Shown here: positions 1 to 10,053 of the stretch, piece by piece
How the letters are laid out: each line of letters starts with the position of its first letter
How positions within the stretch are numbered: the first letter of the stretch is position 1
NCBI GenBank assembly: GCA_016935525.1
Contig: JAFGQU010000023.1
Span: 64,897-128,896 of the forward strand
Source: Candidatus Omnitrophota bacterium
Lineage (GTDB): Bacteria; Omnitrophota; Gorgyraeia; Duberdicusellales; 4484-171
Reading direction: 5' to 3'
Length of the DNA stretch: 64,000 bases
The notes under the pieces: generated by a model
Told to the model about the DNA's origin: nothing
Database searches by the model: none
The model's input: the letters and a program-made list of their open reading frames with translations, nothing else
Position numbers and translations under genes: made by a program

Positions 1-300
1 ATCCGGTTCAAACTTAAATCCCAGGTTCATATCTTTTCTGATCCCGGTGACCAGGACTACCGGAATGGTCTTGGTCTTTTCATCGTCATGCAGAGAACGG
101 GAAACATCGAACCCTTCGGTCTTATGAGTCATCATCACGTCCAAAAGGATCAGATCGGGAGCATCCGCTTTGGCTTTCTTCACTCCTTCTTCGCCGTTTA
201 GGGCGGTATTCACCGTATACCCTTTTACCTCCAGCAACGTCTTCATCGCATCGGCAAAATCGGCGTCATCATCGATAATGAGAATCTTTTGAGCCATCAT
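1..300 (-). CDS. Response regulator with a CheY-like receiver domain. The C-terminus is cut off by the window edge.
   Basis: The reverse-strand translation begins MMAQKILIIDDDADFADAMKTLLEVKGYTVNTALNGEEGVKKAKADAPDLILLDVMM, a typical D-D-K receiver. An AGGAGG RBS lies upstream of the ATG at 298-300. Confidence 0.8.
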   Translation of the reverse strand, partial: MMAQKILIIDDDADFADAMKTLLEVKGYTVNTALNGEEGVKKAKADAPDLILLDVMMTHKTEGFDVSRSLHDDEKTKTIPVVLVTGIRKDMNLGFKFEPD

Positions 301-324
301 CAACCTCCTTTTTATGTACCTGCT

Positions 325-1563
325 TTATACAGAAACGGGTACCTGTTCTGGCCTATTTTGAAACGGTTTGACCGCTCTTTCCAGAATCCCGTGCATATAA
401 GCGATCACCATCCCGTAATTCGTAATCGGGACCCCCTGGACGCGGGCGGTTTCTAACCGGGAAAGCATATCCCGGCAGTTGAGCATACATCCGCCGCAAT
501 GGATGATCAATTTATATTTTTTAAGATCATCCGGGAAATCATACCCCACGGAATGATCGATGATCACCCCTTCACCTTTTTCTTTAAACGGCTCATTCAG
601 AAGCCGGGGAATCACTACCCGGCCGATATCGTCGCCGATAGGATGATGAGTACAGGCTTCCGCGATCAATACCCTATCGTTCGCTTTAAGGTTCTCTATC
701 GCTTGTATCCCGGCAGCAAGGATATCCAGTTCTCCTTTATATCGGGCATAGAGAACCGAAAACGATGTGAGCGGAATATCTTCGGGTAAAATATCTTTTA
801 TTGTACCATAGATCTGAGATTCAACGATAGCCAGTGCCGGTTTTTCTTTCAGATTTTCCAATACCCCGGGCAGTTCCGTTTCCTTCACCACGATAGTCGT
901 ACAGTTATGGTCAAGAAGGTCTCTGATGGTCTGTACCTGCGGCACTTTCAACCTCCCCTTAGGCGCTTCCATATCCAAAGGCGCGACAATGACCACGGTA
1001 TCTTTTGTCCGTACAAGGTCGCTTAAGATCCTCTTCCGTTCAAAATCTGAGGGAGTCATCTTCACGATCATCTCTCTTAACGTATCGATCCCGTTTTTTT
1101 TCAGAGCGCTGACCTCGATATATGGCCGTTTCTCTGAAGTGAGCGTTTCGATCAACTCCTCGTTTGAACGATTAAGATCGCTTTTATTGAGGACGACCAG
1201 TACGGGAATATGGCATTTCTTTATTTCTTTAAGTAACGCCTCTTCCGGTCCCGACAAACCGATAGTCTTATCCACGACCAGAAGCGCAAGATCGGTCTTG
1301 TGAAGCACCTTATACGCTTTTTTTACCCGGGCCTGCCCCAGAGGCCCTTCATCGTCGATTCCTCCGGTATCGATAAGCACTACCGGCCCGATATCATGAA
1401 GCTCCATCGCCTTATAGACCGGATCGGTAGTCGTACCGGGGACATCGGAGACGATCGCGATATTCTGACCGGTAAACGCATTGATCAAGGTCGATTTACC
1501 CACGTTGCGCCGGCCGAACAAACCGATATGCAACCGGTTACTTAAAGATGTTTTATTTCTCAT
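325..1563 (-). CDS. hydF: [FeFe]-hydrogenase maturation GTPase HydF
   Basis: N-terminal GTPase with a P-loop (GRRNVGKSTLINAF) and DTGG. The C-terminus carries the HydF FeS motif CTHH...HCGGC. Confidence 0.85.
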   Translation of the reverse strand: MRNKTSLSNRLHIGLFGRRNVGKSTLINAFTGQNIAIVSDVPGTTTDPVYKAMELHDIGPVVLIDTGGIDDEGPLGQARVKKAYKVLHKTDLALLVVDKTIGLSGPEEALLKEIKKCHIPVLVVLNKSDLNRSNEELIETLTSEKRPYIEVSALKKNGIDTLREMIVKMTPSDFERKRILSDLVRTKDTVVIVAPLDMEAPKGRLKVPQVQTIRDLLDHNCTTIVVKETELPGVLENLKEKPALAIVESQIYGTIKDILPEDIPLTSFSVLYARYKGELDILAAGIQAIENLKANDRVLIAEACTHHPIGDDIGRVVIPRLLNEPFKEKGEGVIIDHSVGYDFPDDLKKYKLIIHCGGCMLNCRDMLSRLETARVQGVPITNYGMVIAYMHGILERAVKPFQNRPEQVPVSV

Positions 1564-1574
1564 TATTTCCTCCT

Positions 1575-2063
1575 CTATTTTTTATAACTTCTCAGTATTT
1601 CTACCGCCTTTTTCGGCGTGAGTTCTCCGTACATCTTATCATCGACCATGATCACCGGCGCCAGGCCGCAGGCGCCCAAACATCTGGTCTCTCTCAACGA
1701 AAACAGATTATCCGGTGTCGTCTCTCCCACCGATATCTTCAATTCTTCTTTCACGGCATCCAATACCTTACCGGCACCTTTCACAAAACATGCCGTACCA
1801 AGACATACGTAAATAGTATGAGCTCCTTGAGGGGCGAGATTAAAATAATGGTAAAACGTCGCGACCCCCCAGATATGAGCGGTAGGGATATTCATCGTAG
1901 TCGCCACCTCATCCATGACTTCTTTGCTTAAATACCCGTAAAGCTGTTGAGCTTTGTGAAGTATCGCGATCAGACAAGATTCCGGATGGCTCTGTTTTTT
2001 GGTTTTCTCCATATATTCGATCAGTTCGTTTTTTCGCTCATCGACATGCGTATCCATGTTCAT
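1575..2063 (-). CDS. NuoE-like (24 kDa, thioredoxin-like [2Fe-2S]) subunit of a multimeric [FeFe] hydrogenase
   Basis: Shows the CxxxxC...CxxxC pattern (CLGTACFVKG ... CLGACGLAPVIMV) typical of NuoE, HndA and HydC. Confidence 0.85.
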   Translation of the reverse strand: MNMDTHVDERKNELIEYMEKTKKQSHPESCLIAILHKAQQLYGYLSKEVMDEVATTMNIPTAHIWGVATFYHYFNLAPQGAHTIYVCLGTACFVKGAGKVLDAVKEELKISVGETTPDNLFSLRETRCLGACGLAPVIMVDDKMYGELTPKKAVEILRSYKK

Positions 2064-2074
2064 CTCCTTCTCAA

Positions 2075-3856
2075 TTAACGGGCCTTTATTTCCTGGGGGA
2101 TGATCCCCCGCGGCTCTTTCGGACGATAATGAGTATGTAACAGTTTATGAGAAAGCGGGCTTAACGGACGCCCCAGATATTCCCGGTACAATTTCTGTAT
2201 TTCGGGATTTTCATGGCTGCGCCGGATCGTCTTATCCCGGTCAAGGCCATACAGCGCCTCGGCGCGTTTTTTCAGGCACTCCTGGTCCAGCGGTATCGAA
2301 TTAGAACCGGCATACGGCTGGCCGCCGCCGCCGATACATCCGCCCGGACACCCCATTATTTCGATAAAATGGTACCGGTCCGGTTCTTTTCTTACCAGAT
2401 CCAGAAGATTGCAGGCGTTCCCTAACCCATGAGCGACCGCGACTCTGATCTCTCTGCCGTCCATCATCACTTTTCCTTCTTTGATCCCGGCAAACCCCCG
2501 AATATCTTCTACCTCGATATCGATCAAGGTATCTCCGGTATAAAGCTCGTATGCCGTCCGGATCGCCGCTTCCATCACTCCTCCGGTCACCCCGAAAATA
2601 GTCCCGGCTCCGGAAGAAAGCCCTAACGGAGCGTCGAACTCTTCGCCCTGAAGATGCAGGAAATCTATGCCCGCGGATTTTACCATCCAGGCGAATTCAC
2701 GGGTAGTCACCACCAGATCGACCGCCGCAAGATCATTGACGCGTAATTCCGGACGGGCCGCTTCGTATTTTTTTGCCGTACAGCACATGATCGCTACGCT
2801 GAATATCCTGGCAGGGTCGGCTTTGATCTTTTCGGCAAAAAACGTTTTGGTAAGCGCGCCGGTCATCGACATCGGCGATTTACAAGTAGAGACGTTCTCG
2901 ATCAGATCGGGATAAAACTGTTCCATACATTTCATCCAGGCGCTTGAACAGGAAGTGATCATCGGCAGTTTACCGTTTGACTGTATTCTTTCTAAAAATT
3001 CGCTGGCTTCCTCCATGATCGTCAGGTCCGCGCCGAACTGGGTATCGAACACATAATCAAACCCTAACCGGCGCATCGCCGCGGCCGACTCTTTTTCCAT
3101 CGCCCGGCCGGGTCCAAGTCCGAACGCCTCGCCGATCGCGGCCCGGACTGAAGGAGCGATCTGGGCGACTTTGATCAACGCCGAATCCTGAAGTTTATCA
3201 AACAGTTCCTGAGTATAGTTCTTTTCCACAAACGCCGCGGTCGGGCACACATTGATACATTGGCCGCAGGCAGTACACACGCTTTCGGCAAACGGGAGAT
3301 CGTACGCCGGCATGACCACGGTTTTAAACCCGCGATGAGCATACCGTAACGCGTTCACTTTCTGGATCTCCGAACAGATCCGCACGCACCTACCGCAAAG
3401 GATGCATTTATCGGGGTCACGTATGACCGAAGACGAAGAAAGGTCTTTCTCGTAATGTTTCCTTTCCCCTTCGAAATGACGATGACGGATACCCATCGAA
3501 TAAGCTAACCGCTGCAATTCACAGATACCGTCACGTTCACAAGTATGACAATCCTGAGGATGGTTATCCAGAATAAGCTCTACGATATCACGCCGGGCCT
3601 GCCTTAATTCTCTAGAATTAGTCTTTATCTTCATGCCGGGAGTAATCGGATAGGCGCAGGAGGCGACATAATTACGGATCCCTTCCACCTCGACAATACA
3701 TACCCGGCATGCCCCTTCGATGGAAAGTTTAGGATGGTAACACAACCGCGGGATACGGAACCCCACGCTATCGGCCGCCTGCATGATGGTCTGGCCGGAC
3801 GAAACCTCGTACGGTTTATTATTGATATATATCGTGATCATTTCTGTAACGCGCAT
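2075..3856 (-). CDS. hydA: [FeFe]-hydrogenase catalytic subunit (HydA/HndD type, M3 architecture)
   Basis: N-terminal plant-type 2Fe-2S, a His-ligated 4Fe-4S, and two ferredoxin-like CxxCxxCxxxCP motifs. The H-cluster motifs TSCSSAW, MPCxxK-like and MGCPGGCIGGGGQP are present. Confidence 0.9.
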   Translation of the reverse strand: MRVTEMITIYINNKPYEVSSGQTIMQAADSVGFRIPRLCYHPKLSIEGACRVCIVEVEGIRNYVASCAYPITPGMKIKTNSRELRQARRDIVELILDNHPQDCHTCERDGICELQRLAYSMGIRHRHFEGERKHYEKDLSSSSVIRDPDKCILCGRCVRICSEIQKVNALRYAHRGFKTVVMPAYDLPFAESVCTACGQCINVCPTAAFVEKNYTQELFDKLQDSALIKVAQIAPSVRAAIGEAFGLGPGRAMEKESAAAMRRLGFDYVFDTQFGADLTIMEEASEFLERIQSNGKLPMITSCSSAWMKCMEQFYPDLIENVSTCKSPMSMTGALTKTFFAEKIKADPARIFSVAIMCCTAKKYEAARPELRVNDLAAVDLVVTTREFAWMVKSAGIDFLHLQGEEFDAPLGLSSGAGTIFGVTGGVMEAAIRTAYELYTGDTLIDIEVEDIRGFAGIKEGKVMMDGREIRVAVAHGLGNACNLLDLVRKEPDRYHFIEIMGCPGGCIGGGGQPYAGSNSIPLDQECLKKRAEALYGLDRDKTIRRSHENPEIQKLYREYLGRPLSPLSHKLLHTHYRPKEPRGIIPQEIKAR

Positions 3857-3868
3857 GATATTCCTCCT

Positions 3869-6037
3869 TTATCCTTTCGCTATGGCATCGAACTTACAGG
3901 TATCAAAACACAGCCCACAACGGGTACATTGAGCCTGATCGATTACGTGCGCCTCTTTCGGCGCGCCATTGATCGCCGAGACCGGACAGATCCGTTTACA
4001 GGCCCCGCATCCGACGCATTTGTCCGTGATCCGGTAGTCGATCAATGCTTTACATTCACCGGCAGCGCATTTTTTTTCATAAATATGCTCTTCATACTCC
4101 TTGCGGAAATTTCTTATCGTACTCAATACCGGATTCGGCGCCGATTGCCCTAACCCGCACAGTGACGCTTTTTTGATCATTGCCCCTAACCGTTCCAATT
4201 TTTCGATATCGCCTTTTTTGCCTTTACCTTCGGTAATCCTGGTCAGGATCTCAAGCATCCTTTTTGTCCCTTCCCGGCAGGGCACGCATTTACCGCAGGA
4301 TTCGTTCTGGGTGAAATCGAGAAAGAACTTAGCGATACTTACCATACAGGAAGTCTCATCGATCACGATCATCCCGCCGGAACCCATGATCGCGCCGGCT
4401 TTCTGGAGCGATTCATAATCTATTTTGGTATCCAGATCTTCTTCGGTAATACATCCCCCGGATGGGCCTCCGATCTGGACCGCTTTGAATTTCTTCCCAT
4501 CGGACACTCCGCCGCCGATATCAAAGATCAACTGTCGCAGGGTGATCCCCATCGGCACTTCGATCAACCCGGTATTTTTTACCTTACCCGCCAGAGCAAA
4601 CACTTTAGTCCCTTTACTGGTCTCGGTTCCGATCGAACTGAACCACCGGGCCCCGTCAAGTATGATCACCGGGATATTCGCCCAGGTCTCCACGTTATTG
4701 ATCAAGGTCGGTTTACCAAACAACCCTTCGATCGAAGGGTACGGCGGACGGGGCCGCGGCATTCCCCGCGAGCCTTCGATCGAATGAATCAACGCGGTCT
4801 CCTCTCCGCAGACAAACGCCCCGGCTCCCAGCCTGATCTCGATATGAAAACAGAAATCAGAACCTAAAATATTATCACCCAGGAATCCGTGTTCTTTCGC
4901 CTGAGCAAGCGCTTTTTCCAGACGTTTGATCGCAAGCGGATATTCCGCCCGGATATATACGATCCCTTTTTGCGCGCCGACGGCGTATCCGCCGATGATC
5001 ATTCCTTCGAGCACCGTATGCGGATCGCCTTCTATGGCGCTGCGGTCCATGAACGCGCCGGGATCGCCTTCATCGGCATTACAGATCACGTATTTTTCAT
5101 CACCGGGGGCCCGGCGGGTAAATTCCCATTTCGTCCCGGTCGGAAATCCCGCGCCGCCACGGCCGCGTAATCCGGATGTCTTCACTTCATCGATAACTTC
5201 CTGCGGAGTCATCTCGGTCAATACATGGGCAAGCGCCTCATATCCCCGTAAAGAGAGATACCCGTCGATACTTTCCGGGTCGCTTATCCCGCAATTACGC
5301 AGGGCGATACGCATCTGTTTCCCGAAAAAATTCACATCACCGAAAAATCGGTAAAACCGGTTAAACAGGTAATCTTCATCGACGATAAGACGCGAGACCG
5401 GCCTTCCGTTTATAAGATGGTCGTTTACGATAGACGGGATATCCTCTTCTTTCACTTTACCGTACATGGTATATCCGGGATTCACGATCATGATCGGGCC
5501 GTGATCACACATCCCCAGGCATCCCGAGAGCGTGATCGATACTTTATCATCGAGGTTTTTCTCTTTCAATTCCTGTTCAAGTTTTTCGGCCAGTTTCTTG
5601 GAATTTTTATGCATACAACCGGGCCCGTCACATAAAGTGACCGCGTACTCCCTGATTCCTTTCTGCGCTTTTGCCTCCAGGTTATTCAAAGTCCATTCCT
5701 CGATCACCTCGCCTCGTTTGAGATGGCGTTCGATGATATCCCGGGCTTTTTGCGGAGTGATCTTCCCGTACTTGACGGGCAGTTTCCCTTCTTCGACCAC
5801 CTCGACCGTCGGTTCCAGGTTACACCGTCCCACACAGCCTTTCTGACTGAGATACACATCCGCAAGCCCTTCTTCAATCGCTTTCTTAAACACCGCCATC
5901 ACTTCCTGAGAACCCGCGGCTATTTCACAGGTCGCCATCCCCACATATACGCGTTTGGTAGAAAGGTATCCCCCGCCGATAATCTTACCTATTGCTTCGG
6001 CACGTTTCTTTTTGATGATCGATAACGGTGTCACCAT
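3869..6037 (-). CDS. NuoF-like (51 kDa, NADH/FMN-binding) subunit of the hydrogenase, with N-terminal thioredoxin-like 2Fe-2S domains and a C-terminal 2x[4Fe-4S] ferredoxin
   Basis: The core GLRGRGGAGFPTGTKWEF (FMN/NADH site) and CGKCVPCREGT (N3 cluster) match NuoF. The C-terminal CVGCGACKRICP...CTRCGLCFDTC is a ferredoxin domain, giving the HndC/HydB-type architecture. Confidence 0.9.
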   Translation of the reverse strand: MVTPLSIIKKKRAEAIGKIIGGGYLSTKRVYVGMATCEIAAGSQEVMAVFKKAIEEGLADVYLSQKGCVGRCNLEPTVEVVEEGKLPVKYGKITPQKARDIIERHLKRGEVIEEWTLNNLEAKAQKGIREYAVTLCDGPGCMHKNSKKLAEKLEQELKEKNLDDKVSITLSGCLGMCDHGPIMIVNPGYTMYGKVKEEDIPSIVNDHLINGRPVSRLIVDEDYLFNRFYRFFGDVNFFGKQMRIALRNCGISDPESIDGYLSLRGYEALAHVLTEMTPQEVIDEVKTSGLRGRGGAGFPTGTKWEFTRRAPGDEKYVICNADEGDPGAFMDRSAIEGDPHTVLEGMIIGGYAVGAQKGIVYIRAEYPLAIKRLEKALAQAKEHGFLGDNILGSDFCFHIEIRLGAGAFVCGEETALIHSIEGSRGMPRPRPPYPSIEGLFGKPTLINNVETWANIPVIILDGARWFSSIGTETSKGTKVFALAGKVKNTGLIEVPMGITLRQLIFDIGGGVSDGKKFKAVQIGGPSGGCITEEDLDTKIDYESLQKAGAIMGSGGMIVIDETSCMVSIAKFFLDFTQNESCGKCVPCREGTKRMLEILTRITEGKGKKGDIEKLERLGAMIKKASLCGLGQSAPNPVLSTIRNFRKEYEEHIYEKKCAAGECKALIDYRITDKCVGCGACKRICPVSAINGAPKEAHVIDQAQCTRCGLCFDTCKFDAIAKG

Positions 6038-6039
6038 GT

Positions 6040-7887
6040 TTATTCCTCCTTTGCGATAGTAAATAAAAACGAATTCCCTTCTTCTTTCGGCTCAACCCAC
6101 ATTTTCCCGCCGTGTTTTTCGACGATCTCTTTGGAAATAAACAATCCCAGTCCCGTTCCTTTTTCCCGCTGCATCTGGGGACGCAGGATACGGGAAAACC
6201 TTTTGAACAATTTTTCTTTATCGGACTCATCTAACGGCACGCCGTCGTTATACACTTCCACCTGAAAACCGGATGGGTTCTTTTTGCCGCTTATGATCAC
6301 GCGGCCTTTGGGCCGTCCGTATTTGAGCGCATTGTTCACAAGATTGTTCGCGACGATTTTCAGCATATCGCAATCGGCATAGACCTGCTGATTCGGACCG
6401 ATGAGGTTGGAGATCGTCATCTGTTTTTCTTCAGCCTGTTTGGCGAACGTATCACAGGCTTCGCTTATCACATCTTCTTTGAGAAGGATCTCGGTTTTAT
6501 GTATATTCAGTTCTCCTTTTTCGATCCGGCTCAGATTAAGAAAATTCTTTACCAGTGCCGCGAGATAATCGAGACTTCTCGTCACCGAATCGAGCGCTTT
6601 ACGCTGTTTGAAGTTGATCATACCCAGAAATCCGTCACGGACCGCATAGGCGTTCAGGATCGCCCCGGAAAGCACGCCTTTTAATTCGTGAGAAACGAAC
6701 CCGATCAGATCAAGATAACTCTTATTCAGCGCGGCCAATTTCTCGTTAGAGACCTCAAGACTCCTTTCCCGTTCGGCAAGTTTCGCGGCCATATCATTGA
6801 ATGAACCGACCAGGCCGTCGAGTTCCTTTACCGACGCCTCGACTTCAAGCGGCGTATGTTCTTCTCCGTCATGGAGTTTTTTGATCATCCGGTTTAACAC
6901 GGAAATCGGCCGGACAATCGAAGAAGCGAGCAGATAGGAAAGACCGCTGGCAAGCAGCGAAGCGATCAAGATCACTCCCAGAAAGACAAAAAGGATGTTC
7001 CGTCTCAATAAGAAAAACGGCTTTTCTAAAATACCTACATATAAGATACCTATGGTTTTCCCGCGCATATCTTTAATCGGTTCATAGGCGGTGAGATACC
7101 AGTCGGTCACGACAAAAGCCCGGTCAAGCCATTTCTCGCCGCGGCCGACGACTTTCTCGTACACCTCGGCCGAAACCCTGGTTCCGATGGCCCGGTGTCC
7201 TTCGGCATCGAGGACATTCGTCGCAATACGCACGTCGTCAAGGAACACCGTAACCGTTCCGATCGGTTTCCCGTCATACAGTTTGCGTTCGAATACTGCG
7301 TCGTTCACTTTATTAATAAAGGTAAAGTTCCGGTTCAGGATCTTACCGCCGTATATCACTCCGGAGGAGGCCCCGTCCCCGTCAAAAAGCGGGACCGCAC
7401 ATTCAAACGCCATCGCTTCATCAAGCTCCTTACGCGTCGAGGCCTGAGCTTTCGGCGTCGGTTTGACCGGGATACGGATCTTATCTTCATAGAGTTTCCC
7501 GTTCATCTTTTTCAACTCTTCCGAAGCGATAAGTCTTACGGCGGAGACCGGTTTTTTCTGTTCTAACGCGGCTTTTACGATCTCACTGGGAATATCGGCC
7601 AGTCTTTCCCGAGGCACGATATAGAGATAATCGAGGTTTAATTTCTTTTTTACGATCTCAGGCTTATCCTGAGCATCCAGGAAGTCGAACGCGGCGTTCA
7701 TCATCTTCAGTTCCCAATAGAACACGGTATGTACCGTTTTCAGATAACTGCGCACCTGTTCCTGGGTCCGTCCGAGGATGAATTTCTCTACCCCGTAAAA
7801 ACCCAGAAGCGCGATCGTTACCCCTAAAAAAATGATGATCGCGAAAAATGCCCGCCGGATTTTAGCTCTTAAAGTGGCCGTCTTCAT
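6040..7887 (-). CDS. Sensor histidine kinase with two TM helices, a periplasmic Cache-like domain of about 260 aa, then HAMP, HisKA and HATPase domains
   Basis: The H-box HELKGVLSGAI and a C-terminal ATPase with GTGLGLFISKEIVEKHGG. The ORF track starts it at 7908, overlapping rex; the internal start MKTATLRA near 7887 avoids that overlap. Confidence 0.8.
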   Translation of the reverse strand: MKTATLRAKIRRAFFAIIIFLGVTIALLGFYGVEKFILGRTQEQVRSYLKTVHTVFYWELKMMNAAFDFLDAQDKPEIVKKKLNLDYLYIVPRERLADIPSEIVKAALEQKKPVSAVRLIASEELKKMNGKLYEDKIRIPVKPTPKAQASTRKELDEAMAFECAVPLFDGDGASSGVIYGGKILNRNFTFINKVNDAVFERKLYDGKPIGTVTVFLDDVRIATNVLDAEGHRAIGTRVSAEVYEKVVGRGEKWLDRAFVVTDWYLTAYEPIKDMRGKTIGILYVGILEKPFFLLRRNILFVFLGVILIASLLASGLSYLLASSIVRPISVLNRMIKKLHDGEEHTPLEVEASVKELDGLVGSFNDMAAKLAERERSLEVSNEKLAALNKSYLDLIGFVSHELKGVLSGAILNAYAVRDGFLGMINFKQRKALDSVTRSLDYLAALVKNFLNLSRIEKGELNIHKTEILLKEDVISEACDTFAKQAEEKQMTISNLIGPNQQVYADCDMLKIVANNLVNNALKYGRPKGRVIISGKKNPSGFQVEVYNDGVPLDESDKEKLFKRFSRILRPQMQREKGTGLGLFISKEIVEKHGGKMWVEPKEEGNSFLFTIAKEE

Positions 7888-8506
7888 GATTTTCTTTCTC
7901 CAGAGCATTCGCGAAATAAATGATCGTCTCCAGTTCCAACCCTAAATTCACATTATGGACCGCGCATTTTTTATCGGTTTTAAGCCGCAAGGGAGCGAAA
8001 TTAACGATGCCGGTTATCCCTTCAGAGATCATGATATTGAATACCTGTTGAGCGGCAATATCGGGGACGGCGATAACGGCAACCTTTATTGTATGTGTTC
8101 GGATAAAATCACGTAACTCATCCAGAGGAAAAATCGGTATCGGAGCTTTACGGTTTATTTTTACCGGATCGATATCGAACCCGGCGGCGATCTGTATCCC
8201 CAGCTGAGGAAACCCTTTATAATTCATAAGCGCACTACCCAGGTGACCGGCTCCCACCACGATCACTTTAGTGATCTTATCTTTCCCCAGGATCTCGTTC
8301 ACTTTGCTTAAGAGATCCTCAATAAGGTAGCCGCCGCGTTTATTACCGGTAATGCCAAAAAACGAAAAATCTTTTCTCACCTGGACCGCGGTAGCCCCCA
8401 CGGCATCAGCAAGGTTATCGGAAAAAATACGGACCAATCCTAAGGACTTAAACCGATACAAAGCATTTTTGTAACGAGATAAGCGGATAATGGGTTTTTT
8501 GTACAT
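7862..8506 (-). CDS. rex: Redox-sensing transcriptional repressor Rex
   Basis: N-terminal winged helix and a Rossmann GxGxxG (VIVVGAGHLGSAL) for NAD(H) binding. It sits immediately upstream of the hydrogenase genes. Confidence 0.85.
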   Translation of the reverse strand: MYKKPIIRLSRYKNALYRFKSLGLVRIFSDNLADAVGATAVQVRKDFSFFGITGNKRGGYLIEDLLSKVNEILGKDKITKVIVVGAGHLGSALMNYKGFPQLGIQIAAGFDIDPVKINRKAPIPIFPLDELRDFIRTHTIKVAVIAVPDIAAQQVFNIMISEGITGIVNFAPLRLKTDKKCAVHNVNLGLELETIIYFANALEKENHEDGHFKS

Positions 8507-8520
8507 TTATCCTCCTTATA

Positions 8521-8538
8521 TGTTATTATTTTCACAAT
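8521..8538. promoter_or_regulatory. Putative Rex operator ATGTTAT-TATT-TTCACAA in the rex / rlmD-like divergent region
   Basis: The right half-site TTCACAA is perfect and the left half-site is degenerate. It resembles the clostridial TTGTTAA-N-TTAACAA / TTGTGAA-N-TTCACAA Rex boxes. Confidence 0.4.
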
Positions 8539-8582
8539 ACTTAATTAAAGCATACCATATATGTAATATATGTCAATAAATT

Positions 8583-8600
8583 TTGTTATTTTTTTCACAT
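8583..8600. promoter_or_regulatory. Putative second Rex operator TTGTTAT-TTTT-TTCACAT
   Basis: It has the same 7-4-7 architecture as the site at 8521 and lies about 60 bp from it, upstream of rex. Confidence 0.4.
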
Positions 8601-8681
8601 AAAATAACACCTATTGCTCCCCCGTCGGTTATGGTACAATAGAATCAATAAAAACCTTTAATTTTAAAGGAGTTTCCAAAT

Positions 8682-9944
8682 ATGGCGTATCCGTTGACTA
8701 TTGAAAAAATAGTGTATCCCGGAAGGTCTTTAGGCCGCCGCGAAGGGAAAGTAGTTTTTACCGACGAAGGAGCTCCCGGCGAAACCGTTCTTATTGAACC
8801 GCTTAAAGATAAAAAGACCTATATTGAAGCCAGGACCCTGGAAATACTCACCCCCTCTCCCCGGCGGATACCCCCGCGTTGTACTCACTACAAAATATGC
8901 GCTCCCTACCAGTATCTTGACTACCCGTTTCAGCTTGAAATAAAAAAAGCCCAGCTTAGTGATACATATATCCGGACCCTGAAAACCGCACCTTTGGATA
9001 TCCCACTTACACCGGCTGTTTCTTTGTGGGGATACCGTAATAAAGTGAACTTCTCACTTATTCCCGATAACGGTACTTCTCAATGGGGTTACCATGACCC
9101 GCATCGGCCGGAACACCTGCTCCCTGTCACCGATTGTCACCTGATATCCCCCACAATGAACCGATGTAAAGACAGGATACTGGCATTGCTTGATAAAGAG
9201 CAAAAAGAGGGAATCGAGGAGATCACTCTGCGGGAAAATGCTAAAAGCCAACTGCTCATCCTCCTCAGCATGAAAAAGCCCTCTGTCGATATAAGAAGTA
9301 TCGCGCCGCTCATTGCGAAAGAATTTTCTCTTTCCGGAATAAGTTGCGAATATAAAGGCCGCATCTCTGTGGTTTACGGGCAGGATTATTTCGACGAACA
9401 ATGCGGCAACGTCATCTACCGGGTCGGCGTACATTCTTTTTTCCAGATAAATCGGGACGCGCTTACCTCGATGTTCGATACGATATCGGGATGGCTTGCG
9501 TTATCGGGAAAAGAGACTCTCGTCGATCTTTACTCTGGGATAGGTACGTTCGGCCTTTTTTTTGCCCAAAAAGCTTCCCGGATAATCGCGGTCGAACCGG
9601 AGCTTTCCAATGTATTCTGTTTAGAAGAAAATATCCGCCGCAACCGGATCGATAATGTATCGGTATTTCACTATACCAGCGAACAATGGTTTTCACTTGG
9701 CGATACCGCCGCAATCGATACGCTCATCGTCGACCCGCCGCGTCGAGGATTAGGCCCGTATGTCTGTGAACACATTTTAAAGAAAAGGCCGAAACGGATC
9801 GTCTATGTATCCTGTGATATGAGCACGTTCATACGGGACATCAAAAGCCTGATCGGCTCCTATGGATTAAAACGCCTGGCGGCGTTTGACTTTTTTCCGC
9901 ACACCCCCCACCTTGAACTCTGCGGGCTGCTGGAATTAAAATAG
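8682..9944 (+). CDS. 23S rRNA (uracil-5)-methyltransferase, RlmD/RumA family (TRAM domain plus SAM methyltransferase)
   Basis: SAM motif LVDLYSGIGTFGLFFA and a catalytic DPPRRG box. Cys residues in the N-terminal region fit a TRAM/FeS segment. Confidence 0.75.
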   Translation: MAYPLTIEKIVYPGRSLGRREGKVVFTDEGAPGETVLIEPLKDKKTYIEARTLEILTPSPRRIPPRCTHYKICAPYQYLDYPFQLEIKKAQLSDTYIRTLKTAPLDIPLTPAVSLWGYRNKVNFSLIPDNGTSQWGYHDPHRPEHLLPVTDCHLISPTMNRCKDRILALLDKEQKEGIEEITLRENAKSQLLILLSMKKPSVDIRSIAPLIAKEFSLSGISCEYKGRISVVYGQDYFDEQCGNVIYRVGVHSFFQINRDALTSMFDTISGWLALSGKETLVDLYSGIGTFGLFFAQKASRIIAVEPELSNVFCLEENIRRNRIDNVSVFHYTSEQWFSLGDTAAIDTLIVDPPRRGLGPYVCEHILKKRPKRIVYVSCDMSTFIRDIKSLIGSYGLKRLAAFDFFPHTPHLELCGLLELK

Positions 9945-10053
9945 TCTCTGGTCTACGGTCGACAGCATATAGTTTCCAACTCAAAAAAAAAGATTATTTC
10001 TATTCGCTGACCGCTAGCCGCTAAACGCTATTTTACAAAGGGCTATCGACGGT

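Noticed and set aside
499-1931. Plus-strand ORFs (96-127 aa) antisense to hydF and the NuoE-like gene
   Set aside because: They are entirely contained within well-supported minus-strand genes, have no recognizable domains, and are low-complexity. They are typical antisense artefacts.
9945-10053. Poly-A tract plus CGCT array after the rlmD-like gene as a terminator
   Set aside because: There is no convincing GC-rich stem preceding the A/T run on the plus strand. It is kept only as a member of the CGCT-array family.
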